This document shows, piece by piece, positions 27,151 to 41,475 of a DNA stretch of 64,000 nt (its first letter is position 1; every line of letters begins with the position of its first letter). The position numbers and the translations under genes are program-made. Under the pieces are notes generated by a model. It made no database searches and was not told the DNA's origin. It worked only from the letters and a program-made list of their open reading frames with translations. Origin of the DNA: Eledone cirrhosa (taxonomy: Eukaryota); NCBI GenBank assembly GCA_964016885.1, contig OZ024752.1, forward strand, positions 5,890,001-5,954,000, written 5' to 3'.

Positions 27151-27709
27151 TTAACGTCCTGTACCACATGAAACCGCATTAACAAGACATTCTTGAAAAG
27201 TACTTAACAGCACTATGACTGCAGCACATTAAATATGAACATGTATGGACCTGTAATTCCTGCGGGAGTCGTAGGGTGCCATATTGACATACACCATTTC
27301 TAGGATATTTTAAAACCTGGTGGAGTCCACTTCCCCTCCACATCTGAATAGAGCAGATTTCTTTCAGAGAGAGAGAGATAGAGAGTGAGAGAAAGGAAGT
27401 GAGAAAGAGATATAGAGGAAGAATTGACCCCAGTACTGAACTGGTGCTTTTTTATCGACCTGGAATGGACGAAAGGCAAAGTTGACCTCGGTGGGATTTG
27501 AACTCAGAAAGCAGAGAGCTGAAACAAATACTGCAAAGTATTCTATCCAACATTCTAACAACTCTGCCAATTCACAACCTAAATATTAATATTTACTCTA
27601 ATATTGCAGATTTTCCCAATCATATGTCCACTAGTAAAGATACTATAAACATTTGAATTAACCAGCTTATAGTTTTACTATTTTCTGCTGAATCATTACA
27701 GGATGTTAA
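27151..27709. mobile_element. TTAA MITE family 3
   Basis: TIR TTAACGTCCTGTA...TACAGGATGTTAA; related sequence at 42530-42816, 43250-43420 and 52987-53292. Confidence 0.65.
27290..27575 (-). mobile_element. SINE family A variant inside a TTAA MITE
   Basis: Core motif, with an extension homologous to 11670-11780 and 1500-1610. Confidence 0.7.
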
Positions 27710-28427
27710 GAGTTAAATCTCTCCATACTGTCATACCACCCTGTGGCACAGCCTAGTGGTTAAGGTGGTGGAGTTACAATCATAAGGTTGTGGCTTAGAT
27801 TCCTAGACCAGGTGACATGTTGTGTTCTTGAGCAAGATGCTTCATTTTACATTGCATTTCATGATAAGACTGGGGGCCCTATCATTAAAATACCCAAGAA
27901 ATCTCCAGAGATGCAACCAGGCATGTTTAAACCTGCAGAAGTGCGAGATGTAAATTTGATTCATTTACTTTTCTTTTAACACAGTTTCTAACTACGAAGA
28001 TTTATTGTGGCATCAGCACTACTAAGGTTGTCCCTGGTAGAACTAAAGGATTCTCTCAACCCTACATTACCCTACATTGTCTCCACATGTTGAACCACTT
28101 TATAGAGCATACTGGGTGCATTTTATCATGGCATCAACAAAATTCAAGACTATTATAGAAGACTCTTACCCAAGGTGCCACAAAGGGAGAATCAGTAGCA
28201 CATCGTTGCAAAGCAAACATTATAATTACACAGTTGTCTGCACATATTTGAGGGTTATTGCCCGTTATTTCTAGCTGTTATTCCTGTTGTGTAGCTCCAA
28301 AGGTTTTCTAACTCACTGATTCTAACCTTCTTATTACAATATATTCTAACAAAGGATTTTTCTAACAATGATTTTCAAATAATCAAGAATTTCGTGAGAT
28401 TTAGTAATTTAACTAACTACCATTATC

Positions 28428-28537
28428 AAATCCCACTGAAGTTAACTTTGCCTTTCATCCTTACGGGGTCGATAAAATAAAGTACCAGTAATGCACTGAG
28501 GTAATTACTGACCTTGTGCCAAAAGTAGAAATAATTA
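28428..28537 (+). mobile_element. 5'-truncated SINE family A
   Basis: Core and tail present. Confidence 0.8.
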
Positions 28538-28607
28538 TCAAGATGGTGTTTGTAATATTAGGTCTGTGGCATTCTGTGCTGTAAATGGCTGTGTTATTGT
28601 TCTTATA

Positions 28608-29198
28608 CCACCAGACAAATAATGGCTTCTGATTTAGGCACAAGGCCTCTACCAGACAAATAATGGTTTCTGATTCAGGCACAAGGCCTCTACCAGACAA
28701 ATAATGGTTTCTGATTCAGGCACAAGGCCTCTACCAGACAAATAATGGTTTCTGATTCAGGCACAAGGCCTCTACCAGACAAATAATGGTTTCTGATTCA
28801 GGCACAAGGCCTCTACCAGACAAATAATGGTTTCTGATTCAGGCACAAGGCCTCTACCAGACAAATAATGGTTTCTGATTCAGGCACAAGGCCTCTACCA
28901 GACAAATAATGGTTTCTGATTCAGGCACAAGGCCTCTACCAGACAAATAATGGTTTCTGATTCAGGCACAAGGCCTCTACCAGACAAATAATGGTTTCTG
29001 ATTCAGGCACAAGGCCTCTACCAGACAAATAATGGTTTCTGATTCAGGCACAAGGCCTCTACCAGACAAATAATGGTTTCTGATTCAGGCACAAGGCCTC
29101 TACCAGACAAATAATGGTTTCTGATTCAGGCACAAGGTCTCTACCAGACAAATAATGGTTTCTGATTCAGGCACAAGGCCTCTACCAGACAAATAATG
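28608..29198. repeat. 41-bp minisatellite (about 14 copies)
   Basis: Unit ACCAGACAAATAATGGTTTCTGATTCAGGCACAAGGCCTCT. Confidence 0.97.
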
Positions 29199-29557
29199 AT
29201 AGTATTTCAATGTATAAAACAATTTATATTAAATTCAATTCTATTTTTTTTAAATTAAGGATTCTTTCATAGAATTATGAGAGAAGGATTTGAGATAAAT
29301 ATAAAAACTTTAAACCTTTCGTTACCATATTTCTAATAAAATACACTTTTCTCAATATTAGGCTGATGTTTAGAACATAAAGATTCTTACATAAAATTAT
29401 GATGAAAGGTATTTTATTCAGAAATAGAAACATTTTGAAACAAATAGCTGAATATTATAGAACCAAGGATGGTTTCAGATGGTTTGATGTTGAAACTATT
29501 AAACATTGTTTTCGTTGATCTTTTGTTAAAATATTCTTAAGTCATCTAAATAGATGT

Positions 29558-29703
29558 TTAACCCTTTACCAATCACATTACTCTATATATTCTATTGTAT
29601 TTTCACAATAAAGGCTTTACCTCACATAATTATTTCACATAATATTGAATCGATGAGAATTGTGGCCAGATATGGCTGGCCGGTTTAAATGCTAAATGGT
29701 TAA
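29558..29703. mobile_element. TTAA-flanked MITE family 1 (internally deleted)
   Basis: Ends TTAACCCTTTACC...AATGCTAAATGGTTAA; holds a single copy of the 72-bp unit. Confidence 0.75.
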
Positions 29704-30222
29704 TCTCTAATACTTCCATCAACACCCACACCACCATTAACACTACTACCTCACCCCACCCCCCGTGATAGCACCACCACAGCCACTACCTGTAACACTG
29801 CTACTCCCCTCCTCCACCACCACCGCTACCAGTAATACTACCTCCCCTCCATGGTAACACCACTACCACCACTACCAGCAATACTACTACCCCCCTCCAT
29901 GGTAACACCACTACCACTACTACCAGTAATACTACTACCCATACCAGTAATACTACTACCCATACCATAATTGCTAGTCTCAGCTGTTCTCAGTAACCAA
30001 ATAAACATGACATCCCAAGAAGGTAATAAACAGACTGGGGTGGGGGAGTGTGGGGGGGGGGAGATTTAGATTTAACAGCTTCTTTAAATAGGTAGGTAGA
30101 GAGAGCTTACTATAGATATATACACATAAACATAAATATATCCAGCTACATAAATAAATGCATGTGTGTATATATATATATACACATGCATACATATATA
30201 TATATACATATATACAAACAAA

Positions 30223-30278
<56 letters not shown>

Positions 30279-30935
30279 AATAAATATATATATACATATA
30301 TACATATGTATATATATATATATATATATAAATAAATATATATATACATATATATAAATAAATATATATATACATATATACACAAACAAATTCATATATA
30401 TATATATATTTATATATATAAATATATATATACACACATACATGCAAACACACATGTATATAGATATTTATATGACAGGTTTAGGCTAGGGATTCTTATC
30501 TCCAACAGCAGGAAAAACCTCCTAACATGGGAGTGGGGGTGACTGAGGAGGGGGGGTCTTCAACATGCTGGATGACAAACAATGATGATACTAACTCATA
30601 TATATATGTGTGTGTGTATATATATATATATATACATACACATATTTGAAAATGTAGTTGCCACAATGCAGATAACTATAATAATAGTTGATAGCTATAA
30701 ATAGGTGAAAAGGAGATAGAGAAATGGTAACCAACACTGATCCAGCATCCAGGAATACATGGTTTCATTCCCAATATGTGTCCCTCTTCTCTTATCTCCA
30801 CATACTTTACCTCATTTACTTATATATTAACTATTATTATTATTAACTGCATTGTGGCAACTATATTTTTGAATTTTAAACTTCCCAATACTTCCTAAGC
30901 CAACCAGTCTTGTTTACATCATTTATGTGTGTGTA

Positions 30936-30981
<46 letters not shown>

Positions 30982-31095
30982 GAAGGTGGTAGTAAGTAAG
31001 ACATTCTATGTAGGGGGTAAATACTGCTAGCTCCAGGGGATTTCAACATGGTGGATGATGCAAGGAAGCAGAAGCTGGGTTTATTAAGACATATA

Positions 31096-31165
<70 letters not shown>

Positions 31166-31574
31166 CATGATGGATGGCCAGGGTAGTGTACATGTGTGTA
31201 TGTGTGTGTATATAATGATGATGGATGTCTAGGGGGTAGTGAAACAGGCTATGTGTGTGGGGAAGGTGGAAGATATTAAGACATGTCAGAATGTTTAGGG
31301 ATGGGGAAATGGTGAATAACCAGGATGACATGAAGATATCTTCAGATTTTTCAGCACCAAACTGTAAATTGATAAACTCAGATCACAGAAGATCTGGAAG
31401 GTAACTCTACACTTATTTACTGTTATCACCCTCCACCCCCACATATACCTCAACCCTACCTACCTCAGATTAGGGGCCCTCACCTAATACACTTCTTTTG
31501 ACTTCCTATTATTACCTGAAATCTGAAATACCTATTTGTCTGACACATTGCTGCTGCAGTTGCTGCTGCTGCTG

Positions 31575-31609
<35 letters not shown>

Positions 31610-31869
31610 GGTGCTGCTACTGCCACTACTACTATTACTGCTACCACCACCACCATTATTATTATTATTATTATCACAAGAAACATACACTACTTTAAAA
31701 ACAAAATTCCCCAACACAATTGGGGATTTCCACATCACATTATCAAACACATATACTCCAACATTCTTGTGGGGTTCCCCCACCTGGCAGGTAGGAAGGG
31801 CCACCATCCCTCCTACACAAACAGGGTAACCCTTTCTCATCTTTCCTCTTCTTTATTTAAAATGGTTTT

Positions 31870-33050
31870 TCTCAGGATTGGCAGTATAATTGAACGTGGC
31901 CTGGGGTTGTCTTGAAAGCCGGGTCACCTGCTCACCAACCTCAGGTCACTGAACATAGATATGGTACCATCAGTGAGACCAGAATATCCAAGACAAGAGC
32001 CTTCACACCCTTTTCAGTGTCTATGAGGTGTCCGCATCTCCAACCCATCCGAGATCCAAGGGGTGAAGTCACTGTGTTGTTTCAGAAATGCTTGGATCTC
32101 AAGATACAGACCATCTTCCTGGGCCCAGAGAGTAAGTTGGTAATGCTAGACATGACCAGCAGTAAAGAGCATGCTTTTAGGCTAATGGCCATCTGTGTTC
32201 CTACAGGGGTAGGAAGGCCTGGTTTCTTGAGGCACCTGGAGGACCTTCATGGATACTCTTTAGTGTTAGTGGGCGACTGGAACGGTATCTTAGATGCACG
32301 CTGGAACTGTGTGGAGCTAGCAGATAGGGGAGGAAGATGTAAAAGCCCTACAAACCTGCTCAGGCACTTCCAACTGTCTGACAGGTACCGACTGGATTTC
32401 CCAGATGTGCCAATGTGGACATGGTAAAACTGTATCAGGTCATCCAGATAGTATCTACATAGGGTATTCTGTAGAGAAATAGGTAAGTCTAGTATAGGCT
32501 GTCCTCCCTTATTTCTGTTCTACATATTGACTTTTGAGCCACTAGTACACAAATTGGAGACATTGAGGGGCATCCCACAGTAACTAGGACATGGAAGATC
32601 TGTATCAGCATATGTTGATGATGTCACTATAGTGGTACCAAGCAGCAAACATATTTTGCTGATAGGCACCCATCTCGAGGAATATGAAGTGATAACAAGA
32701 GCAAAAAAATAACCAGGAAAAGTTGGTGGGCCTACAGTTTGGCACCTGGAGAGGCAGGTCCATGCCGTCCAATGTCGTCGATGGATGAACGGACTGGTTA
32801 AATTGCTCAGGGTCTGGTTTGGCCCAGATCTCCAAATGGGTAAAAACTAGGACATGGTTACAAGCAAGGTGGCCACACTCACCCAGAAATAGGACAAGAG
32901 AAAGCTATTGCTGAAGGGTTGGGCAGAGCTGGTGAATGGGTCTGTCATCTACTCTCGACTTATCATCATACCTTGTCCTAGTCCACATCTGACTACACTA
33001 GGGCTTTTTCTCTTTTGATTTTTGTGGAAAGGATGCATGCCAAGTTCAGG
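31870..33050 (+). mobile_element. Degenerate L1/Tx1-type LINE (APE endonuclease and RT pieces)
   Basis: TISETR, LVGDWNGILD and DRYRLDFPDVPMWTW (APE motifs); SAYVDD at about 32605; many stops and deletions. Confidence 0.75.
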
Positions 33051-33254
33051 TAGGGACCAGGTAAAAATCCTCAAACTTATATACACACACACATATCCTC
33101 ACAGCTTCATATTTACAACAAAACACACACACATGCATGTGCATGCACACACACACTCTCTTAAACTTATATATACACACACATATCTTCTTAGCCTCAT
33201 ATGGACAAATAACACATATACACATATGCTCTATATACAAAACAATTTTTTCCC

Positions 33255-33530
33255 CTTTTCAGCACAACGTGTTCAATCACTGCCTTTTAAAACAAGATCA
33301 ACGTATACAACAATGCCAGAATCAACAGTTTTCCAAGAGATGGCAACATGAATGGACCTGTTTTTTCTCTTGTTACTGCCACTGTCCATTCTCCTCTATC
33401 CTTCAATTTGTTCTTTAATTTCTCATTCTATTTTCTGATGAAGGACTAGAGTCCGAAACGTTAAGACTCTTTTCCTATTATATCAAGCGTAAAACTAATA
33501 ATATATTTCTTTATTGTACTGTGTTGTTTG
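33255..33530 (+). mobile_element. Probable Penelope-like element 3'/pLTR remnant
   Basis: Shares ...GCCAG.ATCAACA.TTTT.CAAGAGATGGCAACATGAATGGA with 1700-1970 and carries a hammerhead motif. Confidence 0.5.
33431..33466 (+). ncRNA. Minimal hammerhead motif in a Penelope-type pLTR-like repeat
   Basis: TTTT-CTGATGA-A-GGAC[TAGA]GTCC-GAAA-CG-TT-AAGA, with palindrome AACGTT and a weak 4-bp stem I. The flank 33290-33360 is homologous to 1715-1780. Confidence 0.6.
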
Positions 33531-33574
33531 CTTTGTTATTTGTGTGCCTTGTGTGTGCCTTGTGTGTGTGTGCA

Positions 33575-33734
<160 letters not shown>

Positions 33735-34721
33735 CGCGCGCGTCTAAAACATATAAGTGTGTTTTATCTATCTTCTATTCACTAAATAAAAGTAGAATTC
33801 CCTGTCATAAACCAGTTCCTCCAATAGTGATGTATTTAATCTGTCAAAATACAACCCACCATCTCCCACCATCTCCCACTTTTCTTCAAACACTATGTTA
33901 CCATGGGAACAGTTTTTTTTTAGTTTGTTTTTGTTCTTTTGTTTCCCTTTCCCCTCTTCCACACAGCCAGCAAGTTTACATCACAACTTCCTCTAGAATT
34001 CTCTCCTTCCATCTTAAAAAGAAAGTAGTTCCTAACATCACCCTCCCCCAACTATCGTACACCCACTCATGCCTGTTATGCAGTAAGCCAACCTCAAATC
34101 TATTTTTACAAAACAGTTGCCCCTCCCCTCACTCATTAGAAAAACATCTCCAGTCAATTCAGTAAAGAACCATTTTGTTACCATATTTCTAATGAAAGAC
34201 ACTGTCAATTATGTTTTACTAATTTTGAAAATAATCAAGAATTTGGAGGTTCTAACAACTATGCAACTATGTTATACCATTAAACACTGCATCTCCCTGA
34301 AGAAAACCCCTCAAAATATACTTTAAATCCTTTCTGTTTGACATGCTGGTGCCAAGATATAAATACACCAAGCACACTATGAGAAGTGGCTGGTGAGAGG
34401 GAGGGCATCCAATTATGGTCAGACAACTTAAGTGTTGAGAAGACTTTCACTTGTATCATGACATCCTCTCTAATGCTAAGGTCATGATAACATACACTTG
34501 CAGGGGCACCAAAATGAATATGGGCCCATACATAGGTAAGATGTGGTCCCTGACCCATCAAGAAGATCAGTGACTCTGATTAAGTATTGTTTCGTTTCTA
34601 ATGAGCCGGCTAACTCTTGCTAACTACTGGAAACGTTTCATGATGATGTTCTAAATATGTTTACTTTTACAGATTTTCTTTTCTGTTTTCTCATATTTAA
34701 AAGATGATATGGTATAGACAT

Positions 34722-34885
34722 AGGCAGCGAATTGGCAGTCATTAGAACACTGGATAGAATGCTTTATGGTATTTGTTCTGGTACTCTGCTCTCAGAGTTC
34801 AAATCCCTCTGAGGTCGACTTTGCCTTTCATCCTTTTGTGGTGAATAAAAACAAAAGTACCAGTCTAGTACTGGAGTCGATTCTT
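34722..34885 (+). mobile_element. SINE family A (diverged)
   Basis: Head and core present. Confidence 0.75.
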
Positions 34886-35719
34886 CCTTTCTCTATACAC
34901 AAGGGCGGGGGTGTTACATCTTGCAAAAACAATGTGCTGTTCCTTAGAAGCTGGACAAAGATACATAGAATAAGTACCATAGTTAAAAATAAAGTATGGA
35001 TTGGCAACATGATGGCTTATTTGATGTAGAATATTGCCTCAAAAATGTCTCATTCAGCCCATACCAACATGGAAGCAAATGTAAAAATAATGATGTTGAT
35101 GGTAAGTATATGAGGTATGGAATTGCTAGTTTACCAAGTTATAGAGGAACAAAATAATGTGTGAGAGGAGTCAAGTAGGTATTACTATATACAACCTAGT
35201 TCTCAGCTCAGGTCGAAAGCATTTCACCACTTTAATAATAAGTACCTAACACACATAACCTAATTTCTCTGCCTGCTATATATGTGTTCCTATCCTTACC
35301 ATATTTCTAATGAAACTCACTGCCAATGGTTTTCCACAGATTTAGTAATGTAACTTTCTCATTATTAAGTTGATGCTTGGAACATAAAGGTTCTTACATA
35401 AAAATTATGATGGAAGGATTTTAGATTAATAAAAACACTTTAATCCTTTCATTTCTAATGAAAAATACTGCTAATTATTTTCAAAGCATTTTGAAAATAA
35501 TCAAGAATTTATAGGGATTTATTAATATAATTAACACTCATTAAGTTGATGTTTGGAACAAATCTAAAGGTTGTTACATAAAATTACGATAGGTTTGTAG
35601 ATAAATATAAACACTTATAGAACCGGGGGGGGGGGGGCGTTTTGGTGTCAAAGTGATTAAAAATAGGTAACTTAATTTACTGAGGCTTTGAGTAAAGACT
35701 CCTAATAAAATGACTGGCT

Positions 35720-35978
35720 TACCACCACCACCACCACAATTATTACTACGACTACCACCACCACCACCACCACCACTACTACTACTACTAACACCACCAC
35801 TACTACTACTTCTAACACCACCACTACTACTACTTCTAACACCACCACTACTACTACTTCTAACACCACCACTACTACTACTTCTAACACCACCACTACT
35901 ACTACTTCTAACACCACCACTACTACTACTTCTAACACCACCACTACTACTACTTCTAACACCACCACTACTACTAAT
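35720..35978. repeat. 24-bp compound CCA/CTA repeat
   Basis: Unit CTAACACCACCACTACTACTACTT. Confidence 0.9.
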
Positions 35979-35980
35979 AA

Positions 35981-36183
35981 TAATTGTTTCTACTTTTGGC
36001 AGAAGGCCAACAATTTTGGGTGAGGGGAAAGGCCATCAATTACCCAGTACATTACTGGTACTTTACTTTATTGCCCCGTAAGGATGAAAGGCAAAGTTAA
36101 CCGCGGCAGGATTTGAACTCAGAACGTAAAGGGCCATATCTCTATGTCGCAAGCATGTCTGACGCTAATACTGCCAATCCACC
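35981..36183 (-). mobile_element. SINE family A
   Basis: Reverse-complement core and head. Confidence 0.8.
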
Positions 36184-37117
36184 AATATTATTACTACCAC
36201 CTCCATCCTAGGTCCATATTCACCACCACCACCACCACCACACACACACCCCATCACCCCCAACACACACACACCACCACTATCATCATCACCACCACCA
36301 CAATCACACACCCCCCACACACACACCACTATCATCATCACCCCCACCCCACCACAGGTCCATACCACCACACCACCACTACCATCATCATCACCCACCA
36401 CCACCACAACCACCACCACTACCATCATAACCCCCCCACATACACACACACTCGCCATCACCACCACCATCATCATCATCATAAGCCCCACACACACACA
36501 CACTCGCCACCCCCACCACCATCATCGCCCCCACCACCACAACACCACTGCCATCATCATCATCACCCACCACCACCACCACATCATCATCACCCACCAC
36601 CACATCATCATCACCCACCACCACATCATCATCACATCACATCACATCACATCACATCACATCACAATCACCATCACATCACCATCACATCACCATCACC
36701 ATCATCACCATCACCATCACCATCACCATCACCATCATCATCATCATCATATGCCCATATTCCAATCTTAACATTTATATCTCCTAGTTCTGAGTTCAAA
36801 TCTCGCTGGAGTTCACTTTTCCTTTCATGTCTTTGTGAGGGGTCAATAAATTAAATAAGAGGAAGGACACACTGGATAGAGTCGGGCTAAAGACACCATG
36901 TCTGGATATATGAAAGGATGGTCATGGTTGGCATGTCTTTCATCATAAAGTATATTGAAGTCAGAGCTGAGGTTAATAACTGCTTCTACTGTTACTATCA
37001 CCACCAGGAGACTCCAACCTTCACTGTTGGAGTCTCCTGACTATCCAGGAGACTCCAACTGTGAAGGTTGCATTTTTTCAGGGTATGTCAATATTTATTT
37101 ATAAAACTAATCTATAT

Positions 37118-37187
37118 TTTATTTTATCTGATGAAAGCGCACCATAATCTGCTTTGGTGGCCCTTGAAATATGTATAATGAAATAAA
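37118..37187 (+). ncRNA. Minimal type-I hammerhead ribozyme motif
   Basis: 10-bp stem I TTTATTTTAT/ATGAAATAAA (one G-U); CTGATGA at 37128-37134; imperfect stem II 37135-37165; GAAA at 37166-37169; near-palindromic helix III ATATGTAT; AUA triplet ending at 37177. Confidence 0.65.
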
Positions 37188-37881
37188 TATGGTTTTATAA
37201 ATATAGTTTCCATTTGTTAATATATTATATATTTACTCCAATAATTTGTTGAGTGCTTTATATCAGTTATAAAAATATTTTGCTTGTTGTATCCCAACAA
37301 ATTAAATATAACTTCTACACATATATATATTCATACACACATATATATATACACACATACACAGGGGCAGGCATGGCTATAGGCACAGGTTTGGTGATGT
37401 GGTTAAAGAATTTACTTTGCATCCAGATGGTCTGAGAGTCACTGACACTGCATAGCACCCTGAACATTGGAGTGAATCTCCTCTTAGTGGGGTGGGGGGA
37501 TATAAACTGATCACTGGCCTCACCCATCTACCCCCTCTCTCTCTCTCACCCATCTATCCCTCTCTCTCTCACCCATCTATTCTCTCTCACCCATCTACCC
37601 CTCTCTCCCACACCCATCTACCCCCTCTCACACCCATCTACCCCCCTCTCTCACCCATCCCCCCCCCCTCTCACCCATATACCCCCACTAAATATATCAA
37701 TGAAACAACCAAAACATTCACATCAAAAACAACAACAAAAACTTCCAAAAGTCAGAATTATTTTTTATTGTTTTTGTTGAGTATTTTGACAAGAAAACTG
37801 GAAATACAAGGTCTTGATATTTTCAGATCCCTGATATTATTAAAAGGGAGGAGTAACTAGAAACTCGGCAGCGGGGGAGGG

Positions 37882-38170
37882 GACCTTCCAGAGACCTAAT
37901 TCATGTGAAGGGGGAGGAGACCTTCCAGAGACCTAATTCATGTGAAGGGGGAGGAGACCTTCCAGAGACCTAATTCATGTGAAGGGGGAGGAGACCTTCC
38001 AGAGACCTAATTCATGTGAAGGGGGAGGAGACCTTCCAGAGACCTAATTCCTGTGAAGGGGGAGGAGACCTTCCAGAGACCTAATTCCTGTGAAGGGGGA
38101 GGAGACCTTCCAGAGACCTAATTCATGTGAAGGGGGAGGAGACCTTCCAGAGACCTAATTCATGTGAAGG
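37882..38170. repeat. 37-bp minisatellite (about 8 copies)
   Basis: Unit GACCTTCCAGAGACCTAATTCATGTGAAGGGGGAGGA. Confidence 0.95.
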
Positions 38171-38477
38171 GGCAGGTACTAGAAATACTACTAAACACTG
38201 TAGGGGTAGGGCTAGCTTTTCAAAAACCCAGGGGAGGGAGTAGATAAGAGTAAATGTGTGTGGGAGATAAAGAGAGTGAGTGTGTGTGGGAGATAAAGAG
38301 AGTGAGTGTTACCCCTTAAGGATGAAAACATTAACAAAAGGAGGAAAGATTAAAGCAGAAAGAATGGAGAGAAGTTATTTTTAATTAGGTCTTGTAAGGA
38401 AACTGATATGATAAATAATAGAGCTGTGTGGTTTGATGGGGGGTATTTATATATATGTGTGTATGTGCATATATATA

Positions 38478-38534
<57 letters not shown>

Positions 38535-38561
38535 ATGCCCCCCCCCACAAACACTATACAT

Positions 38562-38595
<34 letters not shown>

Positions 38596-39633
38596 GTATT
38601 TAATATATATATATATATATAAATGCACACATAATCAGTGTTTGTGTGAGTGGTCTACAGATAGGGGAAGGTATTGCTAGTATCACCAATACTGCCCAAC
38701 CCCTCACATTAGTCCTTCAAGAGGGCGGGGGGAGGGGTAATCCCTCTTCCCTCTATTTCCAGGCCATGTCAGCACATACTGAGAGTAAACCTTATCCACA
38801 ATACCTACTTTAATTCTGTTAACCCTATATTTATAGGTCAATAACCTAATACCACTAGTCTGTGTGATTTAGGGGACAGCTGATAAGATAAAATATTTAG
38901 GGAATTCAGACATCTAATTGGGCTTTCATTTTTATACAGATTTTGAGGGACCTTCTACGTGGTTGTGAGGCCTACTAAAAATAAAGGCTAAATCACTCTC
39001 AAATCATACCCTAATATATTTACAGCAGAGTATGAAACATATCCCTTCATTTATCCCTGTTCCCTATCATTTCACTGAGTTCTGTCTGTGAATGGTACTG
39101 GGACCATTTTAAAATAGTTACTCGACCACTAGGGAATCATTGATTTATATTTTCATGTATCATGCCCTCCCAACAGATTTTAGAGAAGCGCCCACCTCCC
39201 TCCATCTCCCACTGATTGTTGTCATTCCATTGAATTCTGACCACAATGGACATTGGGACTATTCTAGGATCTGGTCTCTCTATCAACCACTAGGGCCTCC
39301 ATTTAGCTTTTCAGGTATCATGCCCTCCAGATATATTTTAGAGACCATCCTCCAATACTCTGCTTTTTACTCTTGTCAGTTTGCTGTTTACCAGTAATAA
39401 TTCTCATGACATAGTTTTGAATGTCTGTGGCATAGTGGTTACAGAATTGGATTCACAACTGTGAAGTTGCGAATTCAATTCCCAGACCAGGCGATGCATT
39501 ATGTCCTTGTGCAAAGCACTTTATTTCACATTGCTCTTTCTGCCAGGAGTTACAACTGGTAGATAGGATCAGCAATGGAAAGACCAATGGAAACATTGTT
39601 TCCTTGGTCCATTTTGACGAGCTCCACCCCACT

Positions 39634-41050
39634 GTGATGGATATGCAAGATGATTGTTGGTTGAAGAAATGCCAAGAGAACCCTGTGGAAGGAAACTGCA
39701 GCAGAATAAGACTGAAGACCTGAGCAGACATAGTGAGAGCTGATCACAAATTGCTGAGTCTCATAAAAGGGGTTGACAAATAAAGGAAACTGGTGGATGG
39801 ATGATGTACTAGAGGAGACACATCTAACCCAGGATGGAGTACTGGAGAAGACATCTAACTCAGGATGGAGTACTGGAGAAGACACATCTAACCCAGGATG
39901 GAGTACTGGAGAAGACACATCTAACTTATATACTGGAGAGGACACATCTAACTTATATACTGGAGAAGACACATCTAACTTATATACTGGAGAAGACATA
40001 TCTAACTTATATACTGGAGGGGACATATCTAACTTATATACTGGAGAGGACATATCTAACTTATATACTGGAGAGGACACATCTAACTTATATACTGGAG
40101 AAGACATATCTAACTTATATACTGGAGAAGACACATCTAACTTATATACTGGAGAAGACACATCTAACTTATATACTGGAGAAGACACATCTAACTTATA
40201 TACTGGAGAGGACACATCTAACTTATATACTGGAGAGGACACATCTAACTTATATACTGGAGAGGACACATCTAACTTATATACTGGAGAGGACATATCT
40301 AACTTATATACTGGAGAGGACACATCTAACTTATATACTGGAGAGGACACATCTAACTTATATACTGGAGAGGACATATCTAACTTATATACTGGAGAGG
40401 ACACATCTAACTTATATACTGGAGAGGACACATCTAACTTATATACTGGAGAGGACATATCTAACTTATATACTGGAGAGGACATATCTAACTTATATAC
40501 TGGAGAGGACATATCTAACTTATATACTGGAGGGGACACATCTAACTTATATACTGGAGAGAACACATCTAACTTATATACTGGAGAGGACACATCTAAC
40601 TTATATACTGGAGAGGACACATCTAACTTATATACTGGAGAGGACACATCTAACTTATATACTGGAGAGGACACATCTAACTTATATACTGGAGAGGACA
40701 CATCTAACTTATATACTGGAGAAGACATATCTAACTTATATACTGGAGAGAACACATCTAACTTATATACTGGAGAGAACACATCTAACTTATATACTGG
40801 AGAGGACACATCTAACTTATATACTGGAGAGGACACATCTAACTTATATACTGGAGAGGACATATCTAACTTATATACTGGAGAGGACATATCTAACTTA
40901 TATACTGGAGAGGACATATCTAACTTATATACTGGAGAGGACACATCTAACTTATATACTGGAGGGGACATATCTAACTTATATACTGGAGAAGACATAT
41001 CTAACTCATTCAACCATGGAGGGAAAATACATGTAAAAATAATGATGAAC
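39634..41050 (+). mobile_element. Degenerate RTE 3' remnant containing the 27-bp array
   Basis: VMDMQDDCWLKKC...VEGNCSRIRLKT*ADIVRAD...VLEETHLT aligns to the RTE C-terminus VMRMKDDSCITKC...GRPRKTWDELI...VIEKTRLT. Confidence 0.7.
39807..41005. repeat. 27-bp minisatellite (about 41 copies, plus 3 longer lead-in units)
   Basis: Unit TACTGGAGAGGACACATCTAACTTATA. Confidence 0.97.
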
Positions 41051-41285
41051 CAGCTGTAGAAACCCAAAACAATTCTGTATGAGCAAAACATGGTCATCTG
41101 ATCTGATTTGTCTCACAACAGGCAGGACAACTTGTCTAACCCATACTAGCGTAGAGAAATGGACTTTAAAAAGTGATGATGATGATGTGTATATAGAAGT
41201 GTATCTGTATTTATGTTCCGTAATCTAGACATTTGACAAAAACAACTCAACATCATTCTCAGTCCACTAATGTTCTGTTTCCAGA

Positions 41286-41475
41286 GTTGGCAGTATTGGT
41301 AGAGGGTCAGACACCATACTTTGCAGCAAAGAGTTATGACCCTTTATGGTCTGAGTTCAAATCCTGCCGAGGTTAACTTTGCCTTTCATCCTTATGGGGG
41401 GAGGGGGGGGGGGGTCGATAAAATAAAGTACCACTGGTTTAATTGCTGGCATTGTGCCAAAAGTAGGAACAATTA
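41286..41475 (+). mobile_element. SINE family A
   Basis: Head, core with a G-run expansion, and tail. Confidence 0.8.

Noticed and set aside
35702-36854. His/Pro/Thr-rich or Val-rich proteins
   Set aside because: Trinucleotide low-complexity DNA with no splice or homology support.
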